Below are positions 22,901-37,900 of a stretch of 64,000 bases of DNA, one piece after another. A model generated the notes under the pieces. That model was not told where the DNA came from. It ran no database searches and worked only from the letters and a program-made list of their open reading frames with translations. The DNA lies in assembly GCA_964057225.1 (NCBI GenBank), contig CAXKVF010000079.1, positions 62,001 through 126,000 on the forward strand, written 5' to 3'. Both the position numbers and the translations under genes were made by a program. This DNA comes from Auanema rhodensis (Eukaryota > Animalia > Nematoda). The first letter of the stretch is position 1. Every line of letters begins with the position of its first letter.

Positions 22901-25900
22901 TGATATTGGTTCATGGTAACCATGACTTTGAAATTTACGTGAACTTTAATTTAAGCTAATTAAATGTACACGTGGTGTGCACTTGGTATGTAACTCGCTT
23001 CACGTGAAAGATAAAGAGATGCGGTTTTCAAAATTAGATTCCCCATGTCCATATTAGTCTAAAAACAAATTTTTATTGATATTGGTTCATGGTAACCATG
23101 ACTTTGAAATTTACGTGAACTTTAATTTAAGCTAATTAAATGTACACGTGGTGTGCACTTGGTATGTAACTCGCTTCACGTGAAAGATAAAGAGATGCGG
23201 TTTTCAAAATTAAATTCCCCATGTCCATATTAGTCTAAAAACAAATTTTTATTGATATTGGTGCATGGTAACCATGACTTTGAAATTTACGTGAACTTTA
23301 ATTTATGCTAATTAAATGTACACGTGATGTGCACTTGGTATGTAACTCGCTTCACGTGAAAGATAAAGAGATGCGGTTTTCAAAATTAGATTCCCCATGT
23401 CCATATTAGTCTAAAAACAAATTTTTATTGATATTGGTGCATGGTAACCATGACTTTGAAATTTACGTGAACTTTAATTAATGCTAATTAAATGTACACG
23501 TGATGTGCACTTGGTATGTAACTTGCTTCACGTGAAAGATAAAGAGATGCGGTTTTAAAAATTAGATTCCCCATGTCCATATTAGTCTAAAAACAAATTT
23601 TTATTGATATTGGTTCATGGTAACCATGACTTTGAAATTTAGGTGAACTTTAATTTATGCTAATTAAATGTACACGTGATGTGCACTTGGTATGTAACTC
23701 GCTTCACGTGAAAGATAAAGAGATGCGGTTTTCAAAATTAGATTCCCCATGTCCATATTAGTCTAAAAACAAATTTTTATTGATATTGGTTCATGGTAAC
23801 CATGACTTTGAAATTTACGTGAACTTTAATTTAAGCTAATTAAATGTACACGTGGTGTGCACTTGGTATGTAACTCGCTTCACGTGAAAGATAAAGAGAT
23901 GCGGTTTTCAAAATTAAATTCCCCATGTCCATATTAGTCTAAAAACAAATTTTTATTGATATTGGTGCATGGTAACCATGACTTTGAAATTTACGTGAAC
24001 TTTAATTTATGCTAATTAAATGTACACGTGATGTGCACTTGGTATGTAACTCGCTTCACGTGAAAGATAAAGAGATGCGGTTTTCAAAATTAGATTCCCC
24101 ATGTCCATATTAGTCTAAAAACAAATTTTTATTGATATTGGTTCATGGTAACCATGACTTTGAAATTTACGTGAACTTTAATTTAAGCTAATTAAATGTA
24201 CACGTGGTGTGCACTTGGTATGTAACTCGCTTCACGTGAAAGATAAAGAGATGCGGTTTTCAAAATTAAATTCCCCATGTCCATATTAGTCTAAAAACAA
24301 ATTTTTATTGATATTGGTGCATGGTAACCATGACTTTGAAATTTACGTGAACTTTAATTTATGCTAATTAAATGTACACGTGATGTGCACTTGGTATGTA
24401 ACTCGCTTCACGTGAAAGATAAAGAGATGCGGTTTTCAAAATTAGATTCCCCATGTCCATATTAGTCTAAAAACAAATTTTTATTGATATTGGTTCATGG
24501 TAACCATGACTTTGAAATTTAGGTGAACTTTAATTTATGCTAATTAAATGTACACGTGATGTGCACTTGGTATGTAACTCGCTTCACGTGAAAGATAAAG
24601 AGATGCGGTTTTCAAAATTAGATTCCCCATGTCCATATTAGTCTAAAAACAAATTTTTATTGATATTGGTGCATGGTAACCATGACTTTGAAATTTACGT
24701 GAACTTTAATTTATGCTAATTAAATGTACACGTGATGTGCACTTGGTATGTAACTCGCTTCACGTGAAAGATAAAGAGATGCGGTTTTCAAAATTAAATT
24801 CCCCATGTCCATATTAGTCTAAAAACAAATTTTTATTGATATTGGTTCATGGTAACCATGACTTTGAAATTTACGTGAACTTTAATTTATGCTAATTAAA
24901 TGTACACGTGATGTGCACTTGGTATGTAACTCGCTTCACGTGAAAGATAAAGAGATGCGGTTTTCAAAATTAAATTCCCCATGTCCATATTAGTCTAAAA
25001 ACAAATTTTTATTGATATTGGTTCATGGTAACCATGATTTTGAAATTTACGTGAACTTTAATTTATGCTAATTAAATGTACAGGTGATGTGCACTTGGTA
25101 TGTAACTCGCTTCACGTGAAAGATAAAGAGATGCGGTTTTCAAAATTAAATTCCCCATGTCCATATTAGTCTAAAAACCAATTTTTATTGATATTGGTTC
25201 ATGGTAACCATGACTTTGAAATTTACGTGAACTTTAATTTATGCTAATTAAATGTACACGTGATGTGCACTTGGTATGTAACTCGCTTCACGTGAAAGAT
25301 AAAGAGATGCGGTTTTCAAAATTAGATTCCCCATGTCGATATTAGTCTAAAAACAAATTTTTATTGATATTGGTTCATGGTAACCATGACTTTGAAATTT
25401 ACGTGAACTTTAATTTATGCTAATTAAATGTACACGTGATGTGCACTTGGTATGTAACTCGCTTCACGTGAAAGATAAAGAGATGCGGTTTTCAAAATTA
25501 GATTCCCCATGTCCATATTAGTCTAAAAACAAATTTTTATTGATATTGGTTCATGGTAACCATGACTTTGAAATTTACGTGAACTTTAATTTATGCTAAT
25601 TAAATGTACACGTGATGTGCACTTGGTATGTAACTCGCTTCACGTGAAAGATAAAGAGATGCGGTTTTCAAAATTAGATTCCCCATGTCCATATTAGTCT
25701 AAAAACAAATTTTTATTGATATTGGTTCATGGTAACCATGACTTTGAAATTTACGTGAACTTTAATTTAAGCTAATTAAATGTACACGTGGTGTGCACTT
25801 GGTATGTAACTCGCTTCACGTGAAAGATAAAGAGATGCGGTTTTCAAAATTAAATTCCCCATGTCCATATTAGTCTAAAAACAAATTTTTATTGATATTG

Positions 25901-28900
25901 GTGCATGGTAACCATGACTTTGAAATTTACGTGAACTTTAATTTATGCTAATTAAATGTACACGTGATGTGCACTTGGTATGTAACTCGCTTCACGTGAA
26001 AGATAAAGAGATGCGGTTTTCAAAATTAGATTCCCCATGTCCATATTAGTCTAAAAACAAATTTTTATTGATATTGGTGCATGGTAACCATGACTTTGAA
26101 ATTTACGTGAACTTTAATTAATGCTAATTAAATGTACACGTGATGTGCACTTGGTATGTAACTTGCTTCACGTGAAAGATAAAGAGATGCGGTTTTAAAA
26201 ATTAGATTCCCCATGTCCATATTAGTCTAAAAACAAATTTTTATTGATATTGGTTCATGGTAACCATGACTTTGAAATTTAGGTGAACTTTAATTTATGC
26301 TAATTAAATGTACACGTGATGTGCACTTGGTATGTAACTCGCTTCACGTGAAAGATAAAGAGATGCGGTTTTCAAAATTAGATTCCCCATGTCCATATTA
26401 GTCTAAAAACAAATTTTTATTGATATTGGTTCATGGTAACCATGACTTTGAAATTTACGTGAACTTTAATTTAAGCTAATTAAATGTACACGTGGTGTGC
26501 ACTTGGTATGTAACTCGCTTCACGTGAAAGATAAAGAGATGCGGTTTTCAAAATTAAATTCCCCATGTCCATATTAGTCTAAAAACAAATTTTTATTGAT
26601 ATTGGTGCATGGTAACCATGACTTTGAAATTTACGTGAACTTTAATTTATGCTAATTAAATGTACACGTGATGTGCACTTGGTATGTAACTCGCTTCACG
26701 TGAAAGATAAAGAGATGCGGTTTTCAAAATTAGATTCCCCATGTCCATATTAGTCTAAAAACAAATTTTTATTGATATTGGTTCATGGTAACCATGACTT
26801 TGAAATTTACGTGAACTTTAATTTAAGCTAATTAAATGTACACGTGGTGTGCACTTGGTATGTAACTCGCTTCACGTGAAAGATAAAGAGATGCGGTTTT
26901 CAAAATTAAATTCCCCATGTCCATATTAGTCTAAAAACAAATTTTTATTGATATTGGTGCATGGTAACCATGACTTTGAAATTTACGTGAACTTTAATTT
27001 ATGCTAATTAAATGTACACGTGATGTGCACTTGGTATGTAACTCGCTTCACGTGAAAGATAAAGAGATGCGGTTTTCAAAATTAGATTCCCCATGTCCAT
27101 ATTAGTCTAAAAACAAATTTTTATTGATATTGGTGCATGGTAACCATGACTTTGAAATTTACGTGAACTTTAATTAATGCTAATTAAATGTACACGTGAT
27201 GTGCACTTGGTATGTAACTTGCTTCACGTGAAAGATAAAGAGATGCGGTTTTAAAAATTAGATTCCCCATGTCCATATTAGTCTAAAAACAAATTTTTAT
27301 TGATATTGGTTCATGGTAACCATGACTTTGAAATTTAGGTGAACTTTAATTTATGCTAATTAAATGTACACGTGATGTGCACTTGGTATGTAACTCGCTT
27401 CACGTGAAAGATAAAGAGATGCGGTTTTCAAAATTAAATTCCCCATGTCCATATTAGTCTAAAAACAAATTTTTATTGATATTGGTGCATGGTAACCATG
27501 ACTTTGAAATTTACGTGAACTTTAATTTATGCTAATTAAATGTACACGTGGTGTGCACTTGGTATGTAACTCGCTTCACGTGAAAGATAAAGAGATGCGG
27601 TTTTCAAAATTAAATTCCCCATGTCCATATTAGTCTAAAAACAAATTTTTATTGATATTGGTGCATGGTAACCATGACTTTGAAATTTACGTGAACTTTA
27701 ATTTATGCTAATTAAATGTACACGTGATGTGCACTTGGTATGTAACTCGCTTCACGTGAAAGATAAAGAGATGCGGTTTTCAAAATTAGATTCTCCATGT
27801 CCATATTAGTCTAAAAACAAATTTTTATTGATATTGGTTCATGGTAACCATGACTTTGAAATTTACGTGAACTTTAATTTAAGCTAATTAAATGTACACG
27901 TGGTGTGCACTTGGTATGTAACTCGCTTCACGTGAAAGATAAAGAGATGCGGTTTTCAAAATTAAATTCCCCATGTCCATATTAGTCTAAAAACAAATTT
28001 TTATTGATATTGGTGCATGGTAACCATGACTTTGAAATTTACGTGAACTTTAATTTATGCTAATTAAATGTACACGTGATGTGCACTTGGTATGTAACTC
28101 GCTTCACGTGAAAGATAAAGAGATGCGGTTTTCAAAATTAGATTCCCCATGTCCATATTAGTCTAAAAACAAATTTTTATTGATATTGGTGCATGGTAAC
28201 CATGACTTTGAAATTTACGTGAACTTTAATTAATGCTAATTAAATGTACACGTGATGTGCACTTGGTATGTAACTTGCTTCACGTGAAAGATAAAGAGAT
28301 GCGGTTTTAAAAATTAGATTCCCCATGTCCATATTAGTCTAAAAACAAATTTTTATTGATATTGGTTCATGGTAACCATGACTTTGAAATTTAGGTGAAC
28401 TTTAATTTATGCTAATTAAATGTACACGTGATGTGCACTTGGTATGTAACTCGCTTCACGTGAAAGATAAAGAGATGCGGTTTTCAAAATTAGATTCCCC
28501 ATGTCCATATTAGTCTAAAAACAAATTTTTATTGATATTGGTGCATGGTAACCATGACTTTGAAATTTAGTGAACTTTAATTTATGCTAATTAAATGTAC
28601 ACGTGATGTGCACTTGGTATGTAACTCGCTTCACGTGAAAGATAAAGAGATGCGGTTTTCAAAATTAGATTCCCCATGTTCATATTAGTCTAAAAACAAA
28701 TTTTTATTGATATTGGTTCATGGTAACCATGACTTTGAAATTTACGTGAACTTTAATTTATGCTAATTAAATGTACAGGTGATGTGCACTTGGTATGTAA
28801 CTCGCTTCACGTGAAAGATAAAGAGATGCGGTTTTCAAAATTAGATTCCCCATGTCCATATTAGTCTAAAAACAAATTTTTATTGATATTGGTGCATGGT

Positions 28901-31900
28901 AACCATGACTTTGAAATTTACGTGAACTTTAATTTATGCTAATTAAATGTACACGTGATGTGCACTTGGTATGTAACTCGCTTCACGTGAAAGATAAAGA
29001 GATGCGGTTTTCAAAATTAGATTCCCCATGTCCATATTAGTCTAAAAACAAATTTTTATTAATATTGGTTCATGGTAACCATGACTTTGAAATTTACGTG
29101 AACTTTAATTTATGCTAATTAAATGTACACGTGATGTGCACTTGGTATGTAACTCGCTTCACGTGAAAGATAAAGAGATGCGGTTTTCAAAATTAGATTC
29201 CCCATGTCCATATTAGTCTAAAAACAAATTTTTATTGATATTGGTTCATGGTAACCATGACTTTGAAATTTACGTGAACTTTAATTTATGCTAATTAAAT
29301 GTACACGTGATGTGCACTTGGTATGTAACTCGCTTCACGTGAAAGATAAAGAGATGCGGTTTTCAAAATTAGATTCCCCATGTCCATATTAGTCTAAAAA
29401 CAAATTTTTATTGATATTGGTTCATGGTAACCATGACTTTGAAATTTACGTGAACTTTAATTTAAGCTAATTAAATGTACACGTGGTGTGCACTTGGTAT
29501 GTAACTCGCTTCACGTGAAAGATAAAGAGATGCGGTTTTCAAAATTAAATTCCCCATGTCCATATTAGTCTAAAAACAAATTTTTATTGATATTGGTGCA
29601 TGGTAACCATGACTTTGAAATTTACGTGAACTTTAATTTATGCTAATTAAATGTACACGTGATGTGCACTTGGTATGTAACTCGCTTCACGTGAAAGATA
29701 AAGAGATGCGGTTTTCAAAATTAGATTCCCCATGTCCATATTAGTCTAAAAACAAATTTTTATTGATATTGGTGCATGGTAACCATGACTTTGAAATTTA
29801 CGTGAACTTTAATTAATGCTAATTAAATGTACACGTGATGTGCACTTGGTATGTAACTTGCTTCACGTGAAAGATAAAGAGATGCGGTTTTAAAAATTAG
29901 ATTCCCCATGTCCATATTAGTCTAAAAACAAATTTTTATTGATATTGGTTCATGGTAACCATGACTTTGAAATTTAGGTGAACTTTAATTTATGCTAATT
30001 AAATGTACACGTGATGTGCACTTGGTATGTAACTCGCTTCACGTGAAAGATAAAGAGATGCGGTTTTCAAAATTAGATTCCCCATGTCCATATTAGTCTA
30101 AAAACAAATTTTTATTGATATTGGTGCATGGTAACCATGACTTTGAAATTTACGTGAACTTTAATTAATGCTAATTAAATGTACACGTGATGTGCACTTG
30201 GTATGTAACTTGCTTCACGTGAAAGATAAAGAGATGCGGTTTTAAAAATTAGATTCCCCATGTCCATATTAGTCTAAAAACAAATTTTTATTGATATTGG
30301 TTCATGGTAACCATGACTTTGAAATTTAGGTGAACTTTAATTTATGCTAATTAAATGTACACGTGATGTGCACTTGGTATGTAACTCGCTTCACGTGAAA
30401 GATAAAGAGATGCGGTTTTCAAAATTAAATTCCCCATGTCCATATTAGTCTAAAAACAAATTTTTATTGATATTGGTGCATGGTAACCATGACTTTGAAA
30501 TTTACGTGAACTTTAATTTATGCTAATTAAATGTACACGTGGTGTGCACTTGGTATGTAACTCGCTTCACGTGAAAGATAAAGAGATGCGGTTTTCAAAA
30601 TTAAATTCCCCATGTCCATATTAGTCTAAAAACAAATTTTTATTGATATTGGTGCATGGTAACCATGACTTTGAAATTTACGTGAACTTTAATTTATGCT
30701 AATTAAATGTACACGTGATGTGCACTTGGTATGTAACTCGCTTCACGTGAAAGATAAAGAGATGCGGTTTTCAAAATTAGATTCCCCATGTCCATATTAG
30801 TCTAAAAACAAATTTTTATTGATATTGGTTCATGGTAACCATGACTTTGAAATTTACGTGAACTTTAATTTAAGCTAATTAAATGTACACGTGGTGTGCA
30901 CTTGGTATGTAACTCGCTTCACGTGAAAGATAAAGAGATGCGGTTTTCAAAATTAAATTCCCCATGTCCATATTAGTCTAAAAACAAATTTTTATTGATA
31001 TTGGTGCATGGTAACCATGACTTTGAAATTTACGTGAACTTTAATTTATGCTAATTAAATGTACACGTGATGTGCACTTGGTATGTAACTCGCTTCACGT
31101 GAAAGATAAAGAGATGCGGTTTTCAAAATTAGATTCCCCATGTCCATATTAGTCTAAAAACAAATTTTTATTGATATTGGTGCATGGTAACCATGACTTT
31201 GAAATTTACGTGAACTTTAATTAATGCTAATTAAATGTACACGTGATGTGCACTTGGTATGTAACTTGCTTCACGTGAAAGATAAAGAGATGCGGTTTTA
31301 AAAATTAGATTCCCCATGTCCATATTAGTCTAAAAACAAATTTTTATTGATATTGGTTCATGGTAACCATGACTTTGAAATTTAGGTGAACTTTAATTTA
31401 TGCTAATTAAATGTACACGTGATGTGCACTTGGTATGTAACTCGCTTCACGTGAAAGATAAAGAGATGCGGTTTTCAAAATTAGATTCCCCATGTCCATA
31501 TTAGTCTAAAAACAAATTTTTATTGATATTGGTGCATGGTAACCATGACTTTGAAATTTAGTGAACTTTAATTTATGCTAATTAAATGTACACGTGATGT
31601 GCACTTGGTATGTAACTCGCTTCACGTGAAAGATAAAGAGATGCGGTTTTCAAAATTAGATTCCCCATGTTCATATTAGTCTAAAAACAAATTTTTATTG
31701 ATATTGGTTCATGGTAACCATGACTTTGAAATTTACGTGAACTTTAATTTATGCTAATTAAATGTACAGGTGATGTGCACTTGGTATGTAACTCGCTTCA
31801 CGTGAAAGATAAAGAGATGCGGTTTTCAAAATTAGATTCCCCATGTCCATATTAGTCTAAAAACAAATTTTTATTGATATTGGTGCATGGTAACCATGAC

Positions 31901-34900
31901 TTTGAAATTTACGTGAACTTTAATTTATGCTAATTAAATGTACACGTGATGTGCACTTGGTATGTAACTCGCTTCACGTGAAAGATAAAGAGATGCGGTT
32001 TTCAAAATTAGATTCCCCATGTCCATATTAGTCTAAAAACAAATTTTTATTAATATTGGTTCATGGTAACCATGACTTTGAAATTTACGTGAACTTTAAT
32101 TTATGCTAATTAAATGTACACGTGATGTGCACTTGGTATGTAACTCGCTTCACGTGAAAGATAAAGAGATGCGGTTTTCAAAATTAGATTCCCCATGTCC
32201 ATATTAGTCTAAAAACAAATTTTTATTGATATTGGTTCATGGTAACCATGACTTTGAAATTTACGTGAACTTTAATTTATGCTAATTAAATGTACACGTG
32301 ATGTGCACTTGGTATGTAACTCGCTTCACGTGAAAGATAAAGAGATGCGGTTTTCAAAATTAGATTCCCCATGTCCATATTAGTCTAAAAACAAATTTTT
32401 ATTGATATTGGTGCATGGTAACCATGACTTTGAAATTTACGTGAACTTTAATTTATGCTAATTAAATGTACACGTGATGTGCACTTGGTATGTAACTCGC
32501 TTCACGTGAAAGATAAAGAGATGCGGTTTTCAAAATTAGATTCCCCATGTCCATATTAGTCTAAAAACAAATTTTTATTGATATTGGTTCATGGTAACCA
32601 TGACTTTGAAATTTACGTGAACTTTAATTTATGCTAATTAAATGTACACGTGATGTGCACTTGGTATGTAACTCGCTTCACGTGAAAGATAAAGAGATGC
32701 GGTTTTCAAAATTAGATTCCCCATGTCCATATTAGTCTAAAAACAAATTTTTATTGATATTGGTGCATGGTAACCATGACTTTGAAATTTACGTGAACTT
32801 TAATTTATGCTAATTAAATGTACACGTGATGTGCACTTGGTATGTAACTCGCTTCACGTGAAAGATAAAGAGATGCGGTTTTCAAAATTAGATTCCCCAT
32901 GTCCATATTAGTCTAAAAACAAATTTTTATTGATATTGGTGCATGGTAACCATGACTTTGAAATTTACGTGAACTTTAATTTATGCTAATTAAATGTACA
33001 CGTGATGTGCACTTGGTATGTAACTCGCTTCACGTGAAAGATAAAGAGATGCGGTTTTCAAAATTAGATTCCCCATGTCCATATTAGTCTAAAAACAAAT
33101 TTTTATTGATATTGGTTCATGGTAACCATGACTTTGAAATTTACGTGAACTTTAATTTATGCTAATTAAATGTACACGTGATGTGCACTTGGTATGTAAC
33201 TCGCTCCACGTGAAAGATAAAGAGATGCGGTTTTCAAAATTAGATTCCCCATGTCCATATTAGTCTAAAAACAAATTTTTATTGATATTGGTTCATGGTA
33301 ACCATGACTTTGAAATTTACGTGAACTTTAATTTATGCTAATTAAATGTACACGTGATGTGCACTTGGTATGTAACTCGCTTCACGTGAAAGATAAAGAG
33401 ATGCGGTTTTCAAAATTAGATTCCCCATGTCCATATTAGTCTAAAAACAAATTTTTATTGATATTGGTTCATGGTAACCATGACTTTGAAATTTACGTGA
33501 ACTTTAATTTATGCTAATTAAATGTACACGTGATGTGCACTTGGTATGTAACTCGCTTCACGTGAAAGATAAAGAGATGCGGTTTTCAAAATTAGATTCC
33601 CCATGTCCATATTAGTCTAAAAACAAATTTTTATTGATATTGGTTCATGGTAACCATGACTTTGAAATTTACGTGAACTTTAATTTATGCTAATTAAATG
33701 TACACGTGATGTGCACTTGGTATGTAACTCGCTTCACGTGAAAGATAAAGAGATGCGGTTTTCAAAATTAGATTCCCCATGTCCATATTAGTCTAAAAAC
33801 AAATTTTTATTGATATTGGTGCATGGTAACCATGACTTTGAAATTTACGTGAACTTTAATTTATGCTAATTAAATGTACACGTGATGTGCACTTGGTATG
33901 TAACTCGCTCCACGTGAAAGATAAAGAGATGCGGTTTTCAAAATTAGATTCCCCATGTCCATATTAGTCTAAAAACAAATTTTTATTGATATTGGTTCAT
34001 GGTAACCATGACTTTGAAATTTACGTGAACTTTAATTTATGCTAATTAAATGTACACGTGATGTGCACTTGGTATGTAACTCGCTTCACGTGAAAGATAA
34101 AGAGATGCGGTTTTCAAAATTAGATTCCCCATGTCCATATTAGTCTAAAAACAAATTTTTATTGATATTGGTTCATGGTAACCATGACTTTGAAATTTAC
34201 GTGAACTTTAATTTATGCTAATTAAATGTACACGTGATGTGCACTTGGTATGTAACTCGCTTCACGTGAAAGATAAAGAGATGCGGTTTTCAAAATTAGA
34301 TTCCCCATGTCCATATTAGTCTAAAAACAAATTTTTATTGATATTGGTTCATGGTAACCATGACTTTGAAATTTACGTGAACTTTAATTTATGCTAATTA
34401 AATGTACACGTGATGTGCACTTGGTATGTAACTCGCTTCACGTGAAAGATAAAGAGATGCGGTTTTCAAAATTAGATTCCCCATGTCCATATTAGTCTAA
34501 AAACAAATTTTTATTGATATTGGTTCATGGTAACCATGACTTTGAAATTTACGTGAACTTTAATTTATGCTAATTAAATGTACACGTGATGTGCACTTGG
34601 TATGTAACTCGCTTCACGTGAAAGATAAAGAGATGCGGATTTCAAAATTAGATTCCCCATGTCCATATTAGTCTAAAAACAAATTTTTATTGATATTGGT
34701 TCATGGTAACCATGACTTTGAAATTTACGTGAACTTTAATTTAAGCTAATTAAATGTACACGTGGTGTGCACTTGGTATGTAACTCGCTTCACGTGAAAG
34801 ATAAAGAGATGCGGTTTTCAAAATTAAATTCCCCATGTCCATATTAGTCTAAAAACAAATTTTTATTGATATTGGTGCATGGTAACCATGACTTTGAAAT

Positions 34901-37900
34901 TTACGTGAACTTTAATTTATGCTAATTAAATGTACACGTGATGTGCACTTGGTATGTAACTCGCTTCACGTGAAAGATAAAGAGATGCGGTTTTCAAAAT
35001 TAGATTCCCCATGTCCATATTAGTCTAAAAACAAATTTTTATTGATATTGGTGCATGGTAACCATGACTTTGAAATTTACGTGAACTTTAATTAATGCTA
35101 ATTAAATGTACACGTGATGTGCACTTGGTATGTAACTTGCTTCACGTGAAAGATAAAAAGATGCGGTTTTAAAAATTAGATTCCCCATGTCCATATTAGT
35201 CTAAAAACAAATTTTTATTGATATTGGTTCATGGTAACCATGACTTTGAAATTTAGGTGAACTTTAATTTATGCTAATTAAATGTACACGTGATGTGCAC
35301 TTGGTATGTAACTCGCTTCACGTGAAAGATAAAGAGATGCGGTTTTCAAAATTAGATTCCCCATGTCCATATTAGTCTAAAAACAAATTTTTATTGATAT
35401 TGGTGCATGGTAACCATGACTTTGAAATTTACGTGAACTTTAATTTATGCTAATTAAATGTACACGTGATGTGCACTTGGTATGTAACTCGCTTCACGTG
35501 AAAGATAAAGAGATGCGGTTTTCAAAATTAAATTCCCCATGTCCATATTAGTCTAAAAACAAATTTTTATTGATATTGGTTCATGGTAACCATGACTTTG
35601 AAATTTACGTGAACTTTAATTTATGCTAATTAAATGTACACGTGATGTGCACTTGGTATGTAACTCGCTTCACGTGAAAGATAAAGAGATGCGGTTTTCA
35701 AAATTAGATTCCCCATGTCCATATTAGTCTAAAAACAAATTTTTATTGATATTGGTGCATGGTAACCATGACTTTGAAATTTACGTGAACTTTAATTAAT
35801 GCTAATTAAATGTACACGTGATGTGCACTTGGTATGTAACTTGCTTCACGTGAAAGATAAAGAGATGCGGTTTTAAAAATTAGATTCCCCATGTCCATAT
35901 TAGTCTAAAAACAAATTTTTATTGATATTGGTTCATGGTAACCATGACTTTGAAATTTAGGTGAACTTTAATTTATGCTAATTAAATGTACACGTGATGT
36001 GCACTTGGTATGTAACTCGCTTCACGTGAAAGATAAAGAGATGCGGTTTTCAAAATTAGATTCCCCATGTCCATATTAGTCTAAAAACAAATTTTTATTG
36101 ATATTGGTGCATGGTAACCATGACTTTGAAATTTACGTGAACTTTAATTTATGCTAATTAAATGTACACGTGATGTGCACTTGGTATGTAACTCGCTTCA
36201 CGTGAAAGATAAAGAGATGCGGTTTTCAAAATTAAATTCCCCATGTTCATATTAGTCTAAAAACAAATTTTTATTGATATTGGTTCATGGTAACCATGAC
36301 TTTGAAATTTACGTGAACTTTAATTTATGCTAATTAAATGTACACGTGATGTGCACTTGGTATGTAACTCGCTTCACGTGAAAGATAAAGAGATGCGGTT
36401 TTCAAAATTAGATTCCCCATGTACATATTAGTCTAAAAACAAATTTTTATTGATATTGGTGCATGGTAACCATGACTTTGAAATTTACGTGAACTTTAAT
36501 TTATGCTAATTAAATGTACACGTGATGTGCACTTGGTATGTAACTCGCTTCACGTGAAAGATAAAGAGATGCGGTTTTCAAAATTAGATTCCCCATGTCC
36601 ATATTAGTCTAAAAACAAATTTTTATTGATATTGGTTCATGGTAACCATGACTTTGAAATTTACGTGAACTTTAATTTATGCTAATTAAATGTACACGTG
36701 ATGTGCACTTGGTATGTAACTCGCTTCACGTGAAAGATAAAGAGATGCGGTTTTCAAAATTAGATTCCCCATGTCCATATTAGTCTAAAAACAAATTTTT
36801 ATTGATATTGGTGCATGGTAACCATGACTTTGAAATTTACGTGAACTTTAATTTATGCTAATTAAATGTACACGTGATGTGCACTTGGTATGTAACTCGC
36901 TTCACGTGAAAGATAAAGAGATGCGGTTTTCAAAATTAGATTCCCCATGTCCATATTAGTCTAAAAACAAATTTTTATTGATATTGGTGCATGGTAACCA
37001 TGACTTTGAAATTTACGTGAACTTTAATTTATGCTAATTAAATGTACACGTGATGTGCACTTGGTATGTAACTCGCTTCACGTGAAAGATAAAGAGATGC
37101 GGTTTTCAAAATTAGATTCCCCATGTCCATATTAGTCTAAAAACAAATTTTTATTGATATTGGTTCATGGTAACCATGACTTTGAAATTTACGTGAACTT
37201 TAATTTATGCTAATTAAATGTACACGTGATGTGCACTTGGTATGTAACTCGCTTCACGTGAAAGATAAAGAGATGCGGTTTTCAAAATTAGATTCCCCAT
37301 GTCCATATTAGTCTAAAAACAAATTTTTATTGATATTGGTTCATGGTAACCATGACTTTGAAATTTACGTGAACTTTAATTTATGCTAATTAAATGTACA
37401 CGTGATGTGCACTTGGTATGTAACTCGCTTCACGTGAAAGATAAAGAGATGCGGTTTTCAAAATTAGAATCCCCATGTCCATATTAGTCTAAAAACAAAT
37501 TTTTATTGATATTAATTCATGATAACCATGACTTTGAAATTTACGTGAACTTTAATTTATGCTAATTAAATGTACACGTGATGTGCACTTGGTATGTAAC
37601 TCGCTTCACGTGAAAGATAAAGAGATGCGGTTTTCAAAATTAGAATCCCCATGTCCATATTAGTCTAAAAACAAATTTTTATTGATATTAATTCATGATA
37701 ACCATGACTTTGAAATTTACGTGAACTTTAATTTATGCTAATTAAATGTACACGTGATGTGCACTTGGTATGTAACTCGCTTCACGTGAAAGATAAAGAG
37801 ATGCGGTTTTCAAAATTAGATTCCCCATGTCCATATTAGTCTAAAAACAAATTTTTATTGATATTGGTGCATGGTAACCATGACTTTGAAATTTACGTGA

